A stretch of 45,331 nucleotides of DNA from NCBI GenBank assembly GCA_051942205.1, contig JAVECO010000180.1:1-45331 (forward strand), in the 5' to 3' direction. How positions within the stretch are numbered: position 1 is the first letter of the stretch; each line of letters starts with the position of its first letter. This DNA comes from Coniocarpon cinnabarinum. Taxonomy: Eukaryota. Below the pieces are notes generated by a model that was not told the DNA's origin, made no database searches, and saw only the letters and a list, made by a program, of their open reading frames with translations. The translations under genes were made by a program, and so were the position numbers. Shown one piece after another: positions 18,036-28,725 of the stretch.

Positions 18036-20759
18036 ATGCTAATCTCCTCCATTCTTTCGATTTCGCTTATGAGCCTTGCTTCAGCAGCTCCCCAGCAATA
18101 TGGTCATCCATACCACTCACCTAGTAAATCATCAAACGCATCTTCTTCATACGATCACAACAACGCAACCTATGCCAGGCATCCACACACACGACCCATT
18201 CCGCAGCCTTCTCACGTTACCATCACCGACCATGTGACCGTCACCGATCATGTAATAGCAACCGGGACAGCTTGCGCAGGTGCAAATGACGACTCGATTC
18301 CCTCGTCTTCCGATGCACTGTCGGCTAACGCGGCAGCGTACGTTCCCAACACTGCGGCTCTAGTATCTATTGCATCAGCTCAACAGCTGCCGCAAACCCT
18401 TGAGAGTAGTCCCGCACTTGCTGCCCCGGCTGCGACACAAACACTCATACCAGCTACACGTCCTGATCATAATCCTCGAAACCTGTCCCACCTTGCCCCG
18501 TCTAATGTCGGCAACTTGTACTACTCAAGTAACGATGACACACAACACGATCACACTTTCGCAGATCTTGGCCTGAATTACACCAAGCCTGCTGTTGTTC
18601 TTGAACACAGCTCTTACATCAGCAACATTACATGCTCTGACCGTGGTCTTGTCCTCCACTTCAACGATGGTGAGGGTTACGAATACGCCAAGCAACAGTG
18701 GCCCAGTCTGGGTGGTGACTTCATTCTGGTATCTCACAGCGACGGTTGCAACAACGTCACTCCACCGCAACGAACGTTTTGGCAAGTGCATGGGACAACT
18801 TTTGATGACGACAGCCAAGGTTGCAACGTCGAAAGCTCTCCGATCAGCATTGCTGAAGCTGCCCACGAGATGAAAGCCTCCTGGGGCTCGTTTGACACAG
18901 CGAACGGCGCGTCTAACACGACATCATATGTTCCTACGTCAGTGCCCTCTCAGGCGACGGCGGCGCAGATCACTCCACCACCGTCTCCAGAAGATGTACA
19001 AAAACGAGGGCTTTGGGGAGACGTCACCTCTGAATGGGGTAAGGCGACTTCGAAAGTTGGGTCCGTCGTCTCAGATGTCACATCAGGTGCAGAATCAGTC
19101 TGGTCTCAGGCTACCTCTGAGGTCATCTCGGCGCTGGACAAGACGTTCTCGACTGACATGTCTATACCCTTAAAGGCGTCTGCCACGGCCGCCGCCAGCG
19201 CACCGTGGAGCAATGCTGCCGAAATTGTTTCAGTCGCCGGCATTGATGCATACTGCGTGGACTGTGGCATGGACGGCCAAGCCACTATTTCAGGTATGGC
19301 CGATATTTCGTTCGCAGAGCTCAAGATCAAGAGCGGCGCGGTCTCGGTCAGTGGCAACATGGAGGCAAGCTTGGGCCTGGGTCTGCAATCTGAAGAAGGC
19401 GCAAGTTTTACACCTCTGAGCAAGAAGATCAACATCGTACAAATCCCGCTCTCGCCTCTTGAGATCCCCGAGATCTTGGTCATTGGCCCATATCTCAATG
19501 TCGATGCGTCTGCAAGCGTGAGCATGGAAGCTGAAGGAAAGATGCTTATGGAAGTCGGTGCGAGCATGCCAAATTTTGAAGCGACGCTTGATCTTGTCGA
19601 TGGATCCAACAACAAAGCAAGCGGATTCGAGCCTCAGTGGACACACAAATTTGATGTTGAGGGCGCAACAACAGTGACAGTGACGCTTGGTTTGCCTGTG
19701 GAGCTTGGGGTCGGGTTGGATGTGAAGCCCAAGCCGGACTTGTCGCTCAACGTGTCCTTGACGAACACATTCGCCATCTCGGGCTATGGTAATTACAGCA
19801 ATCAGCCGGGCCCGTGCGACCATGGTATAGGATGGGGCATTCATCTCAACGAGGATCTCACCTTCGCTGCTGGGAGCTTGTATTCAAAGAAGATGTATTC
19901 GTGGCAGTCGCCCGATGTCGCCTCTGGCTGCGTCCCGAACATCGGCGGCCAGACATCGAACAGCACAAACACTACTTCCCCTTCCAACTCGACGACCAGT
20001 GGAAACCTTGCTCCAACGCCGAAAACACCTGGCAGTTCTCGGAGCTCCACAGGAAAGCTAACAGGTTCGCAATACACGCCGACGTATTCACCAGCGACAC
20101 CTATCCCCAGCACTGCTACTGGAAAGCACTCTGGTCAACCGTACAGTCCATCGTACTCGACCGCAAGTCCAACCGGACCTGGCGCCTCATCGACGCTGAC
20201 AAACTCCGACAACTCCTCGGCTACGTCGACGCCGGGCGCGAGCGGCTCAAGCCAGCCGTACAGTCCTTCGTATGCCACATCAACTCCAACCAGTTCCAGT
20301 AGCGGGTCGACGCAGACACCGTCGCATCATCCGCACCACTCGCCGTCAGCGCCAGGTGGAGACAATCCTTACAAGCTGTCTAGCAGCCAAACCACGAGCA
20401 CTCACGGCTCGCCCGCAGCAACTACTTCAACGCCTAGTGCGTCTTCGCTCCGACCAACCGGTCCATTGACGACAACCCGAGGTGTGCTGAACGGCACCAG
20501 CACCAGCACTCAGCCGTCGGCTCCGTCGGCGACTGCTGTGTACGAAAGCGACGCCGACAGCAATGCATCGAAGACAACATATTCTGATGCGACGAGCACC
20601 AATACTGCCAGCGGATCGCATGAGCACTCAGTCGCTTCCACCGGCGCTACAAGTACTAGCACCACCAGCAGCTCCTCTTCTACTCAAACGTCAACCCAGA
20701 CACACGCCACACCTACGTCGACTCCATCTGAGTACTCTCGTCATCGTCCTTCGAAATGA
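18036..20759 (+). CDS. Secreted 907 aa protein: signal peptide, Cys-containing beta-rich domains (DUF7029/DUF7223-like from memory), long Ser/Thr/Pro-rich tail
   Basis: Signal peptide MLISSILSISLMSLASAAPQ. Contains PAVVLEHSSYISNITCS...FILVSHSDGCN...RTFW and YCVDCG motifs, a dibasic KR site (QKR/GLWG), and a mucin-like C-terminal ~270 aa. No hydrophobic GPI signal. Confidence 0.85.
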   Translation: MLISSILSISLMSLASAAPQQYGHPYHSPSKSSNASSSYDHNNATYARHPHTRPIPQPSHVTITDHVTVTDHVIATGTACAGANDDSIPSSSDALSANAAAYVPNTAALVSIASAQQLPQTLESSPALAAPAATQTLIPATRPDHNPRNLSHLAPSNVGNLYYSSNDDTQHDHTFADLGLNYTKPAVVLEHSSYISNITCSDRGLVLHFNDGEGYEYAKQQWPSLGGDFILVSHSDGCNNVTPPQRTFWQVHGTTFDDDSQGCNVESSPISIAEAAHEMKASWGSFDTANGASNTTSYVPTSVPSQATAAQITPPPSPEDVQKRGLWGDVTSEWGKATSKVGSVVSDVTSGAESVWSQATSEVISALDKTFSTDMSIPLKASATAAASAPWSNAAEIVSVAGIDAYCVDCGMDGQATISGMADISFAELKIKSGAVSVSGNMEASLGLGLQSEEGASFTPLSKKINIVQIPLSPLEIPEILVIGPYLNVDASASVSMEAEGKMLMEVGASMPNFEATLDLVDGSNNKASGFEPQWTHKFDVEGATTVTVTLGLPVELGVGLDVKPKPDLSLNVSLTNTFAISGYGNYSNQPGPCDHGIGWGIHLNEDLTFAAGSLYSKKMYSWQSPDVASGCVPNIGGQTSNSTNTTSPSNSTTSGNLAPTPKTPGSSRSSTGKLTGSQYTPTYSPATPIPSTATGKHSGQPYSPSYSTASPTGPGASSTLTNSDNSSATSTPGASGSSQPYSPSYATSTPTSSSSGSTQTPSHHPHHSPSAPGGDNPYKLSSSQTTSTHGSPAATTSTPSASSLRPTGPLTTTRGVLNGTSTSTQPSAPSATAVYESDADSNASKTTYSDATSTNTASGSHEHSVASTGATSTSTTSSSSSTQTSTQTHATPTSTPSEYSRHRPSK

Positions 20760-21147
20760 AGACTGTCGAAGAGCCAATGTTGGGAAAGACTTTTATTGTT
20801 TACGTTGAAACGCCATTCTAATGATATTACCATTCATGTACATGTATGTCTTGATGAAAGATTTGTGGAGCTTCTGCATTGGACGCTGTTTTATTGAGGA
20901 TCAGTCAAGCTAGACCGAAATACATTTTTTTAATGATTCCTGCGTTCCGAGTATCGAGATATGTGATCTTGCTCTTTCGCGCATCCTGCCACGCCTAAGT
21001 TGTAAACGAAGGGCCTTCTATCGACACTAGCGCCCTAACCTGACCCTGCTCAAAATAGCCCTTGCATCATGTGACCAGGTATCCACGAGGCCTTACAGCC
21101 AGGTACCCAGCCTTTGATCGCTTGCGTAGGTGATTGATGTATACCAG

Positions 21148-22915
21148 ATGATGTCTCATCATAAACAGAGTGAGGAAGATGTTGCTCTTGATGGGGGCGA
21201 TGGCACAGCAAGTGGCAATGGCGACAAGCGGGTCCACTATACAGCATTCATTAGACTACCCTTTCCTCGGGGAGACTTTGAAGACCCTCCACTAGTACGT
21301 AGCGAGGCATTCGCGTTCAAAATTCTATACCTAAAGAGACCTAGATCGATTGGGATGCAACAAAGGATAAAGCGCTCTGGAAAATACTCTCCGACAATCC
21401 TCGAAGCTCCGAGCTCGATTGTACGTATTTCATGTTTGATTCTAAGCAATCCACGTTAATTATACGTAGGGAAAGCGCTGTATGTGCTCTGATCACCGTG
21501 CACTCGTATTCTGTTGGTGTCGCTAATACTGTGATAGCGCGTCTCGTTTCAATATCACTCTTCAGTTCATCCTCCAACAAGCGGCCTGGCTCTATGAGCG
21601 CCAGTTATCCCAAGTTCGGGAACAAATGCGTCGCGTCAACAAGCCAGATGACTTAGCAAATGAAGAAGACTCTGGTAAAGCACTCGCTGGGGTTGAGAGC
21701 CCACCAGGTCGGCGGGCATCATTTGCGCAGCCAGGGACTTCACCCACCCCTCAAGCTCAAGGAATAACGAAGCAGCTGAAGCGGTTGTCGACAGGTACAG
21801 ATGTGTTCCAGGGGTCAAGCGCCCTGAAACCACGGCCTGAAGCAGCAAACATTCCTCTCGAAGGCAAGCATGAATCATTTGAAGGTTGGCCCAAGAGTGG
21901 TTCAATGACCGAATCCATAGGAACTTCACTCACAAAAACTGCATCAAACGAGACTTTGACACGAGGCTCTCAACAAGCTGCGTCTGGCAGAGTCTTGCGA
22001 CCGAGGCCGTCCTTTCAGCGCCATACACCGCCAGATAGAAAAAGCTCACCAATATTGACAGGTAGACGACCCAGTCAACTGTCTGCGCAACGGCCGCGCG
22101 ACTTATCGCCGGCGTCGCATAGTTCCTCTGAATCTTCAGCATCAGAAGAAGACAATGAAAAGGTTCAGCCGAAACGAAGTCAGTTTTTGCATCGTCCGCC
22201 AAATTTCGGAAACAGCAAGGGTGCCGCTTTTCGACCTCCAGGTGGCGCCGCAAACGTGTTTTCGCACGGGAATGAAGATGAAGAAGATGACTCCCCTTTC
22301 CTGCCGTTTTCTCAGCCGCTGGCAGCAGAAGAAGATTTGGGCGCCACTTTGCGAGGTGAGCCTAAAATCATGGACAGTCAGACCGACGGCTCTTCAGAGG
22401 CTGCGCCAGCTGTGGAGCCGGGGCGAGGAAATGAAGATACATCTGCAAGCTCGACAACATCATCTATGGCTCCAGAGCAATACGATGAAACACCCACGTC
22501 GCAACGCTCACCAGAGTCTAATACGTTCAGTCCGCATCGACGACCTGGAGTGGCCGAATTGAAAACTCCGAGAACTGGCAAAGGTCGGGAAAACAGTGAG
22601 GGTACCCCTAGTATGGGCAGCTCGTTCAGTGACCTCGACGGTAAGTCCAGTGCCCGCTAGGCGTCTCTCGCCGTGCCTATTGAAGCATAAGTAAATTCTG
22701 GCGGCGCGGACGACCTGCCATTATTTGCGGACAGCGCGCGCCAGAATTCCTGACACGCAAACGCAGATACCAGCGTCACACAGTCAGCATTAGAAGAAGC
22801 GCTGTTGAGTAATGTCCAAAAGGGCACTACGGCCAGCCGGATCAGCAATCTGTCGCAGGCGCTCCGATCGCAGTATTCACGATATCAAGGCAGCAGCAAT
22901 CCACGGCAGGCGTGA
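21148..22915 (+). CDS. ATG29: Autophagy-related protein 29, 5 exons
   Basis: Exons: 21148-21294, 21345-21420, 21470-21479, 21538-22640, 22767-22915. Spliced product has HYTAFIRLPFPRGDFEDPPL-IDWDATKDKALWKIL...ELDWKALASRFNITLQFILQQAAWLYERQLSQVREQM (Atg29 N-domain) and GTPSMGSSFSDLDDTSVTQSALEEALLS. Confidence 0.92.
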
Positions 22916-24043
22916 AGGAAAGCGAAGTCAATTCGGAGCAGCACGGCCACATGTGGGAAAAGTGGCGCCAGACGCAATTTGCAGAAATCTTGCGTGCGGC
23001 TACGGGGAAGGATGGAAAAAAAAAAAAAGGCGGGGCGTGCGCGCTGCAGGGGTGGAGTGCAGCGCGTGACGGCAAGGATAGTGGTGATCATGGGCCAACT
23101 TGTTGCAAGGACGCCCCTATCGATCTGCAGCAGAACGAGCGCCTCTAACTTGTGAACGCTGTCAGATGGAATGCCCCGATAAGAGGCCCTCGCGCGTGGA
23201 AGATTCTGCTCGAGCTGGATTCACGACGACCATCCTGCGGCTCAGGGCGGAAGGCCGCCGGCAGTCGGCATTTCCAACAGTGGACGGGTTTGGCAAGAGT
23301 GTAGTGACGGGAAATGAGGCAATAAAGGCAGATCGCGGACGGAGGGCATCATCGTCCCCAATGGCTGCCGCGGTGAAGGTGCCGGCGAGGTGGGTAGCCA
23401 GGTGTGCAGAGACTGGCAAGGTGATTAGAAGGTTGGGAGTGGAGTTGTGCCAACTTTGCAGGAAGCAGTGTGCACCAAACCTTCGCCGTCACGTGCCGCA
23501 GTGAAATTGATTCTAGCGCGCGAGTCAGCGAGTCAGAGCACCCTCGCTGCCCACACCATTCCCATCCATTCCTTCTGCACACCCAAAACCTCCCCTCTGA
23601 CACACACGTCGACTCTCAGTCCAACGTGTCGACGCGCTCAGACGACTCCGTGCGACACTCTTTTGTTCAGTTCTTGCAATAGTACTCATATTCCTAATTA
23701 TTCCCCCACCGACATACGTTCCTTTGACCACCCACCCATCCATCCCAAGCTCTTGGCGTACCTCTAACAGCAACAGCCCCCCTTTGCGGTCACCAGCTGC
23801 GCCGTCCTCACACTTGAAACACGGCTTCCACTGGCCGTCCTAGATCACCTCACTCTCGTTTCGCGACGAGCTCACGCGCCCTTACACCTTCCATGAGGCC
23901 GCATCAACGACATCAATGAACCTCCCGCCACCATAACCGCCTTGGCAGAGAGTGAAACTCAACTCACGCGGGGCACGTCCTCTGCGACCACCAACCAACA
24001 ACCCTTCACACTCTCACGCTGAGCTGGTGCTCGCATCTTCAAC

Positions 24044-26719
24044 ATGCTGAAGCCGGCCACGCCGCTCACTGTCCTCTTCCTCGTCTCCTTCGTGCTTCTG
24101 CTTCTCTCAACAATCTCGACTCCTATCGTCAAGGCCATCCCCCTCGGCGCGTATAATGACTGCACCTTTGGCGTCTTCGGCTACTGTCAGCCCAGTGGCT
24201 GCTCGTCCATGTCGATATCATATGATACGAGTATGTCTAGTACAATCCTTTGCGAATGAGCGCGTGCGACGACTAACACAGAAGCAGGTGTCTGCAACAG
24301 CGAAGCGCCGGGCTCTTACGACCTTGGCACCACCACTCGACATTCGCTTTCTTCGATTCTTATAGTACACCCCATCGCGGCGTTCTTCAACCTGGTCTGC
24401 ATGCTCCTCGCGGGTGCCGCGCACTTTCACGGACCATCACATTCATCCTCCTTCCTGCTGTGGCTCCTGATCCTCAGCTTCCCGACCTTACTCATTACAC
24501 TTTTGGCGTTTCTCGTCGACATTCTGCTCTTCGTGCCACACCTACAATGGGGAGGATGGATCGTGCTGGCGTCGGCGATCATCTGCATGTCCACCAGCAT
24601 CCTGATTTGCGCAATGAGGCGGACCTTGGTCAGTCGCAAGGCGCGCAAGAAGCGCATTGCGGAGAACTCCGAGATGAGCGGGGAAGACTTTTACAACCGC
24701 CAAGCGCAAGTGCAAATGGTCAAAGATCCAACCACTGTCGCAGCCACAGCAACAAACGACGCTGGATTTTCACGCGCGGAATCTCCACCACCGTTGGGAG
24801 GCGCTACCAATGGCACACTGCCGAAATTCGCGACATTTGATGGTGCAAACAAAAGAGAAGACGACCGCCAGCCACTGAATCCAGGGCGCGACCCCTCGGT
24901 AAAGACCAACAACTCGAATCCATCTCGAAGTCAACGAAGCGACGGTCGGCGACCAACCGACATCATGACTGGTCCAGCAGTGAATAGAAGCCGCAGCGGC
25001 GACGGACGCGTGAGTCCTGTGTCTCCTGGCGAGCACGACGGTCAGGGCTACGGCGCGCGGCAGCAACAGGATCGATACTACGGAGGAGGACCGTCGAGAA
25101 CGCCACGACGAGGCGTGCCGCCACCTGGTTACAACCGCGGTGGTGGAAGAGGTGGGTACCCGCCATCAAGAGGCGGTGCATTTCCACCGCGTGGTGGGTA
25201 CGGTGCGATGCGTGCAGGGCCGCCCCGCGGTGGATATCCTCCACGAGGCGGCTATCCACCAAGAGGAGATCCAAACGGTATGAGAGGTCCTCCACCGCAG
25301 GCTCATGGCTACGGTCCATGGGGAGCAGCCGCTGCAGGCGCTGGTGCAGGAATGGCCGCAGGCGCAATGATGGGTTGGGGCTACAACCAGCATCAACAGG
25401 GCCCCCCCGAATACCAAAACAATCCCTACGCCACGCCCGACTCATACAATCAGAATCCCTACGACAACTACCCACAACAGCCCGAGTATGGTGCATACAA
25501 CCCATCACAGCATCAACCTCCGCCCGAAAACTCGCAACCTCGATTCGCCGGCGCCGCCATGCCTCCCAACGGCCCCGCTTCTCCCATTGCACGCACTGAA
25601 GGGTCCGCCTCGCCACGCCCCGACATCCAACGCGATCCAAGTACTCTCGGCTTCTCCGGGCGTCGACCCAGCGCCAGCTCCGTCCGCAGCGCCGGCAACG
25701 CACAACCACCCGCTCAAGACGTCCCTCCAGTCCCCACCCTCCGGGACGACCTCCCCATCGGCGCCGCCGTGGAAATGGATGCTTCCTCTGGATCTCCCGC
25801 ACGCAGTCCTCGACCCAACGAAGACGCCTTCCCTGACCGGATTGATTCAGCGTCTTCGGCGATCGTCTCACCGCTTCATGTCCCGCACCATCATGCGAAT
25901 AACTTGAGTAATGCCACGTCCTCTTCGGTCTATCCTCCGCAATCAGATACCCAACCGCAAGCTGCGCCTGTCGAACTTCCAGGCCATGCCATTGTTCGAC
26001 CTTCTTCTAATCCGTCAAGGTCGCAATCGCGCTCATCTTCTGCGCATGCGCAGACGCGTTCTCGGAAGGGCTCAGAGAGTAACGGTGGTTATTACGAAGA
26101 CGTGCAACCGCGATTTGCGCAGGACGAACCGCCTCTACCCTCCACTTCTCCCCCTCCCATCACAATGTCGCCTCCGCCCCGCGCTCCCACGACTTCGCCT
26201 CCCATCCGTACAGTCGGGTCGCCTGTCCATCTCACGCGCCAGGCTGCTACACCTTCACCCGGCATGTCAGCAGCGCTGCACTCGCCTGTGCTCACGCCCG
26301 CCGGCCAATTACGACCGAACCTCGCGGACGCCGGCCGCGGCATCTCAGCGAGCAGCAATTACTCCAACCAACCCAGTCCTTTGGCCTCAAATGACACCAT
26401 GGGCGACGCCGTGGCCAGCAGCAATGATCCCCTCGGGCCACCGTCCGATACCTCGAACCTCACGAGCATCAGTCAGCGCGGCGTCAATCCCGACTGGAAC
26501 GGGCACGGACTCAAGGGCGGGCCGTACGGTTATGGGAATGAGAACGGGAGTGTGCCGTTGGGCGTGGGGGAGGTCAGACGAGGCGTCCCTGAGATTCAGG
26601 GAGGGAATGGGCCCGTGCCGGCGAGGGTGCCGAGGGGACCGGTCGCGAGTCAGATTGCGATGGTCAGTAATGGGAGTAGTGAGTACTCGGGTCGGGAGCG
26701 AGGGGATGGAGCGCTGTAA
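24044..26719 (+). CDS. palI: pH-response regulator PalI/Rim9 (Sur7/PalI family) with a long low-complexity cytosolic tail, 2 exons
   Basis: Exon 1 is 24044-24230 (MLKPATPLTVLFLVSFVLLLLSTISTPIVKAIPL...FGVFGYC). Intron 24231-24281 (or 24287) has GTATGT..GACTAAC..CAG. Exon 2 has ILIVHPIAAF, LLAFLVDILLFVPHLQWGGWIVLAS, CAMRRTLVSRKARKKRIAEN, then RGG/YPP-rich repeats. Confidence 0.92.
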
Positions 26720-27040
26720 GTGTTGACTGGGACGAATGTTATTCGAGGAGAGAACGAGACGCTGGGGAGATTTCGGCATAGCGTGGGGTGCTCGAGACCA
26801 GCTTGTGGAGAAGGCGGGAGTGGGAAGGGGTCGGGGTCGCGGTGGGCTACCAAGAAGGGAGTTTAGCGTGAGGATGGAGTGAGAGTTGTACAGGTTGCAT
26901 CATGGAAAGATGTATGAGATATCAAACCATATCATCGAGTGGACATCACTTGATCCATTGACCCATCCCTCGACGTGCCATCGTTTCCCTCCTCTGGCAT
27001 TTATCTTGCGTGTCTTCTGCCTTTGCGAGCTTTTGCTTCT

Positions 27041-27390
27041 GCATGTCTGCATGTCTGCATGTCTACATGCCTTTCCAGTGAGCCTTTGACCGGGCGCTGT
27101 AACTTGCCATTCTATCCTTGCCACTCTACGCCTTGACAAACGATAAGAAGCGCGACTTCCACTCACGACTTGTCGGAACTAACGTCGCGCCTTGAAGCTC
27201 TTTTGCTTGTCATGTTGCACATAGATCAAGGCTTCTTTTGGGATATTGTTGCTCGCTTGAGCCGCATCATGGATCTGATCTGCCGAGTTTGCATCTACAT
27301 TTGCATTTGCATTTGCATTTGCATTTGCATAGAATGGACAGGGATGGAATGGGATAGAATAGGATGGTATGGAATGGTATGGAATGGTAA
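27041..27390. repeat. Microsatellite cluster: (CATGTCTG)n, (TTTGCA)n, (GGAAT/GGTAT)n
   Basis: Directly visible at about 27041-27070, 27288-27330 and 27331-27390. Confidence 0.85.
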
Positions 27391-27465
27391 AAATGAAGAT
27401 GATGTATAGTTTCTGTGCGTGAATGCGTCTCTGGCGACGAGGTCGTGGCACATATATGGGATTCT

Positions 27466-27530
27466 CATCGCAAATCATGCCATCGCAAATCATGTCATGG
27501 CAAATCATGCCATCTCACTCATGCCATCTC
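27466..27530. repeat. 15-bp tandem repeat CATCGCAAATCATGY, 3 copies plus degenerate copies
   Basis: Directly visible. Confidence 0.85.
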
Positions 27531-27546
27531 AATAGCGATTCGACAT

Positions 27547-27905
27547 GGCTCGCAAAAACGGGACAGTACGGGATTCAAAAAAGCTTACAAAGATAGGACA
27601 GGACGGGATTCAAAAAAGCTTGCAAAGACGGGATTTAAACAAGCTCGCAAGACCGGATTGAAACAAGTTTGCAAAGACGGGATTTAAACAAGCTTACAAA
27701 GACGGGATTTAAATAAGCTCGCAAAGACCGGGTGCAAATAAACTTACAAGACTGGACTCAAATAAGCTTATAAAGACTGGATTAAAACGAGCTTATTAAG
27801 ACCGGACTCAAACAAGTTCACAAGAACAGATCTTGAGGTCACGACGATTTCAAAAAGCTCACAAGACTAGATCCTAAGGTCACAAAGATAAAAAAAGCTC
27901 ACAAT
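27547..27905. repeat. Minisatellite, ~24-25 bp unit AAGCTYRCAAAGACSGGATTYAAAY, about 13 diverging copies
   Basis: Directly visible. Differences between copies are mostly C/T and G/A transitions, and the terminal copies are expanded. Confidence 0.9.
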
Positions 27906-28571
27906 TAATCCACCATCATAATAGTCGTCAAAAACGCCCATTTCCCGTCTCTCGCAAAAGCAAACAAATCAACAAACGAACAACTGGAAAATCGAGAATG
28001 AGGGAGAGAAGGGTAGAGAGAAGGAGAGAGCACGGAGGAAACTTACCCAGACATTTATTAAAGCACAAGAGCACTATCTCAAGATCTTAGATTATCTCAC
28101 GAGGGCCTTAAATAATCTTAAGAGAGTCTCAAAATGGATCTCAATAGTACTATCTCGGGTCTCACATAGATCTCACGAGAGTCTCAAAAACCAGCATCAA
28201 ACAAAGGGCTCCATCTATCAAAGAAAACCGCTGATCATAAAGCAAGCCTCTTAGGCGCCTTCAATTCACGATTCAATTTCTAGCCGGAATTGAACCAGAT
28301 GGTTTCAGCGCGGTCCTTTAGCGCGGTCCCTTGGGCTGTGACTGTCAGCGAGGCTGGGACGGACGCTTACTTGGCGGCTATGTCTAAGGTATGTGAAATA
28401 GAAGTTAAACACTATGTCATTGTCAGAGATTATACATTCTGACGAGATGGCATTGCATTCGAGGCCATTGGCACCTTCGTTGTGTTTCCGTATCTCGCAT
28501 TTCAATTAGTCGTTTTAGGTATTCATTTCAGGTATTTCATTTCAGGTATTTCATCCAAAGTAACTGAATCT

Positions 28572-28725
28572 GAGAGATACGTATCTAAGAGACACGCATC
28601 CAAGAGATACACATCCAAGAGATATGCATCCAAGAGATATGCATCCAAGAGATACGCATCCGAGAGATACGCATCCAAAGTATCTGAACTAGAGAGATAC
28701 GCATCCGAGAGACAGGCACCCAAGG
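28572..28725. repeat. 15-bp tandem repeat GAGATAYGCATCCRA, about 9 copies
   Basis: Directly visible; it produces the spurious SKRYA/LDAYL repeat ORFs. Confidence 0.9.

Noticed and set aside
24963..26779. Overlapping ORFs of 130-302 aa within palI
   Set aside because: Alternative-frame and antisense ORFs in GC-rich low-complexity coding sequence.
27547..27905. CRISPR-like array
   Set aside because: Units are contiguous with no unique spacers, in a eukaryotic context; this is a minisatellite.
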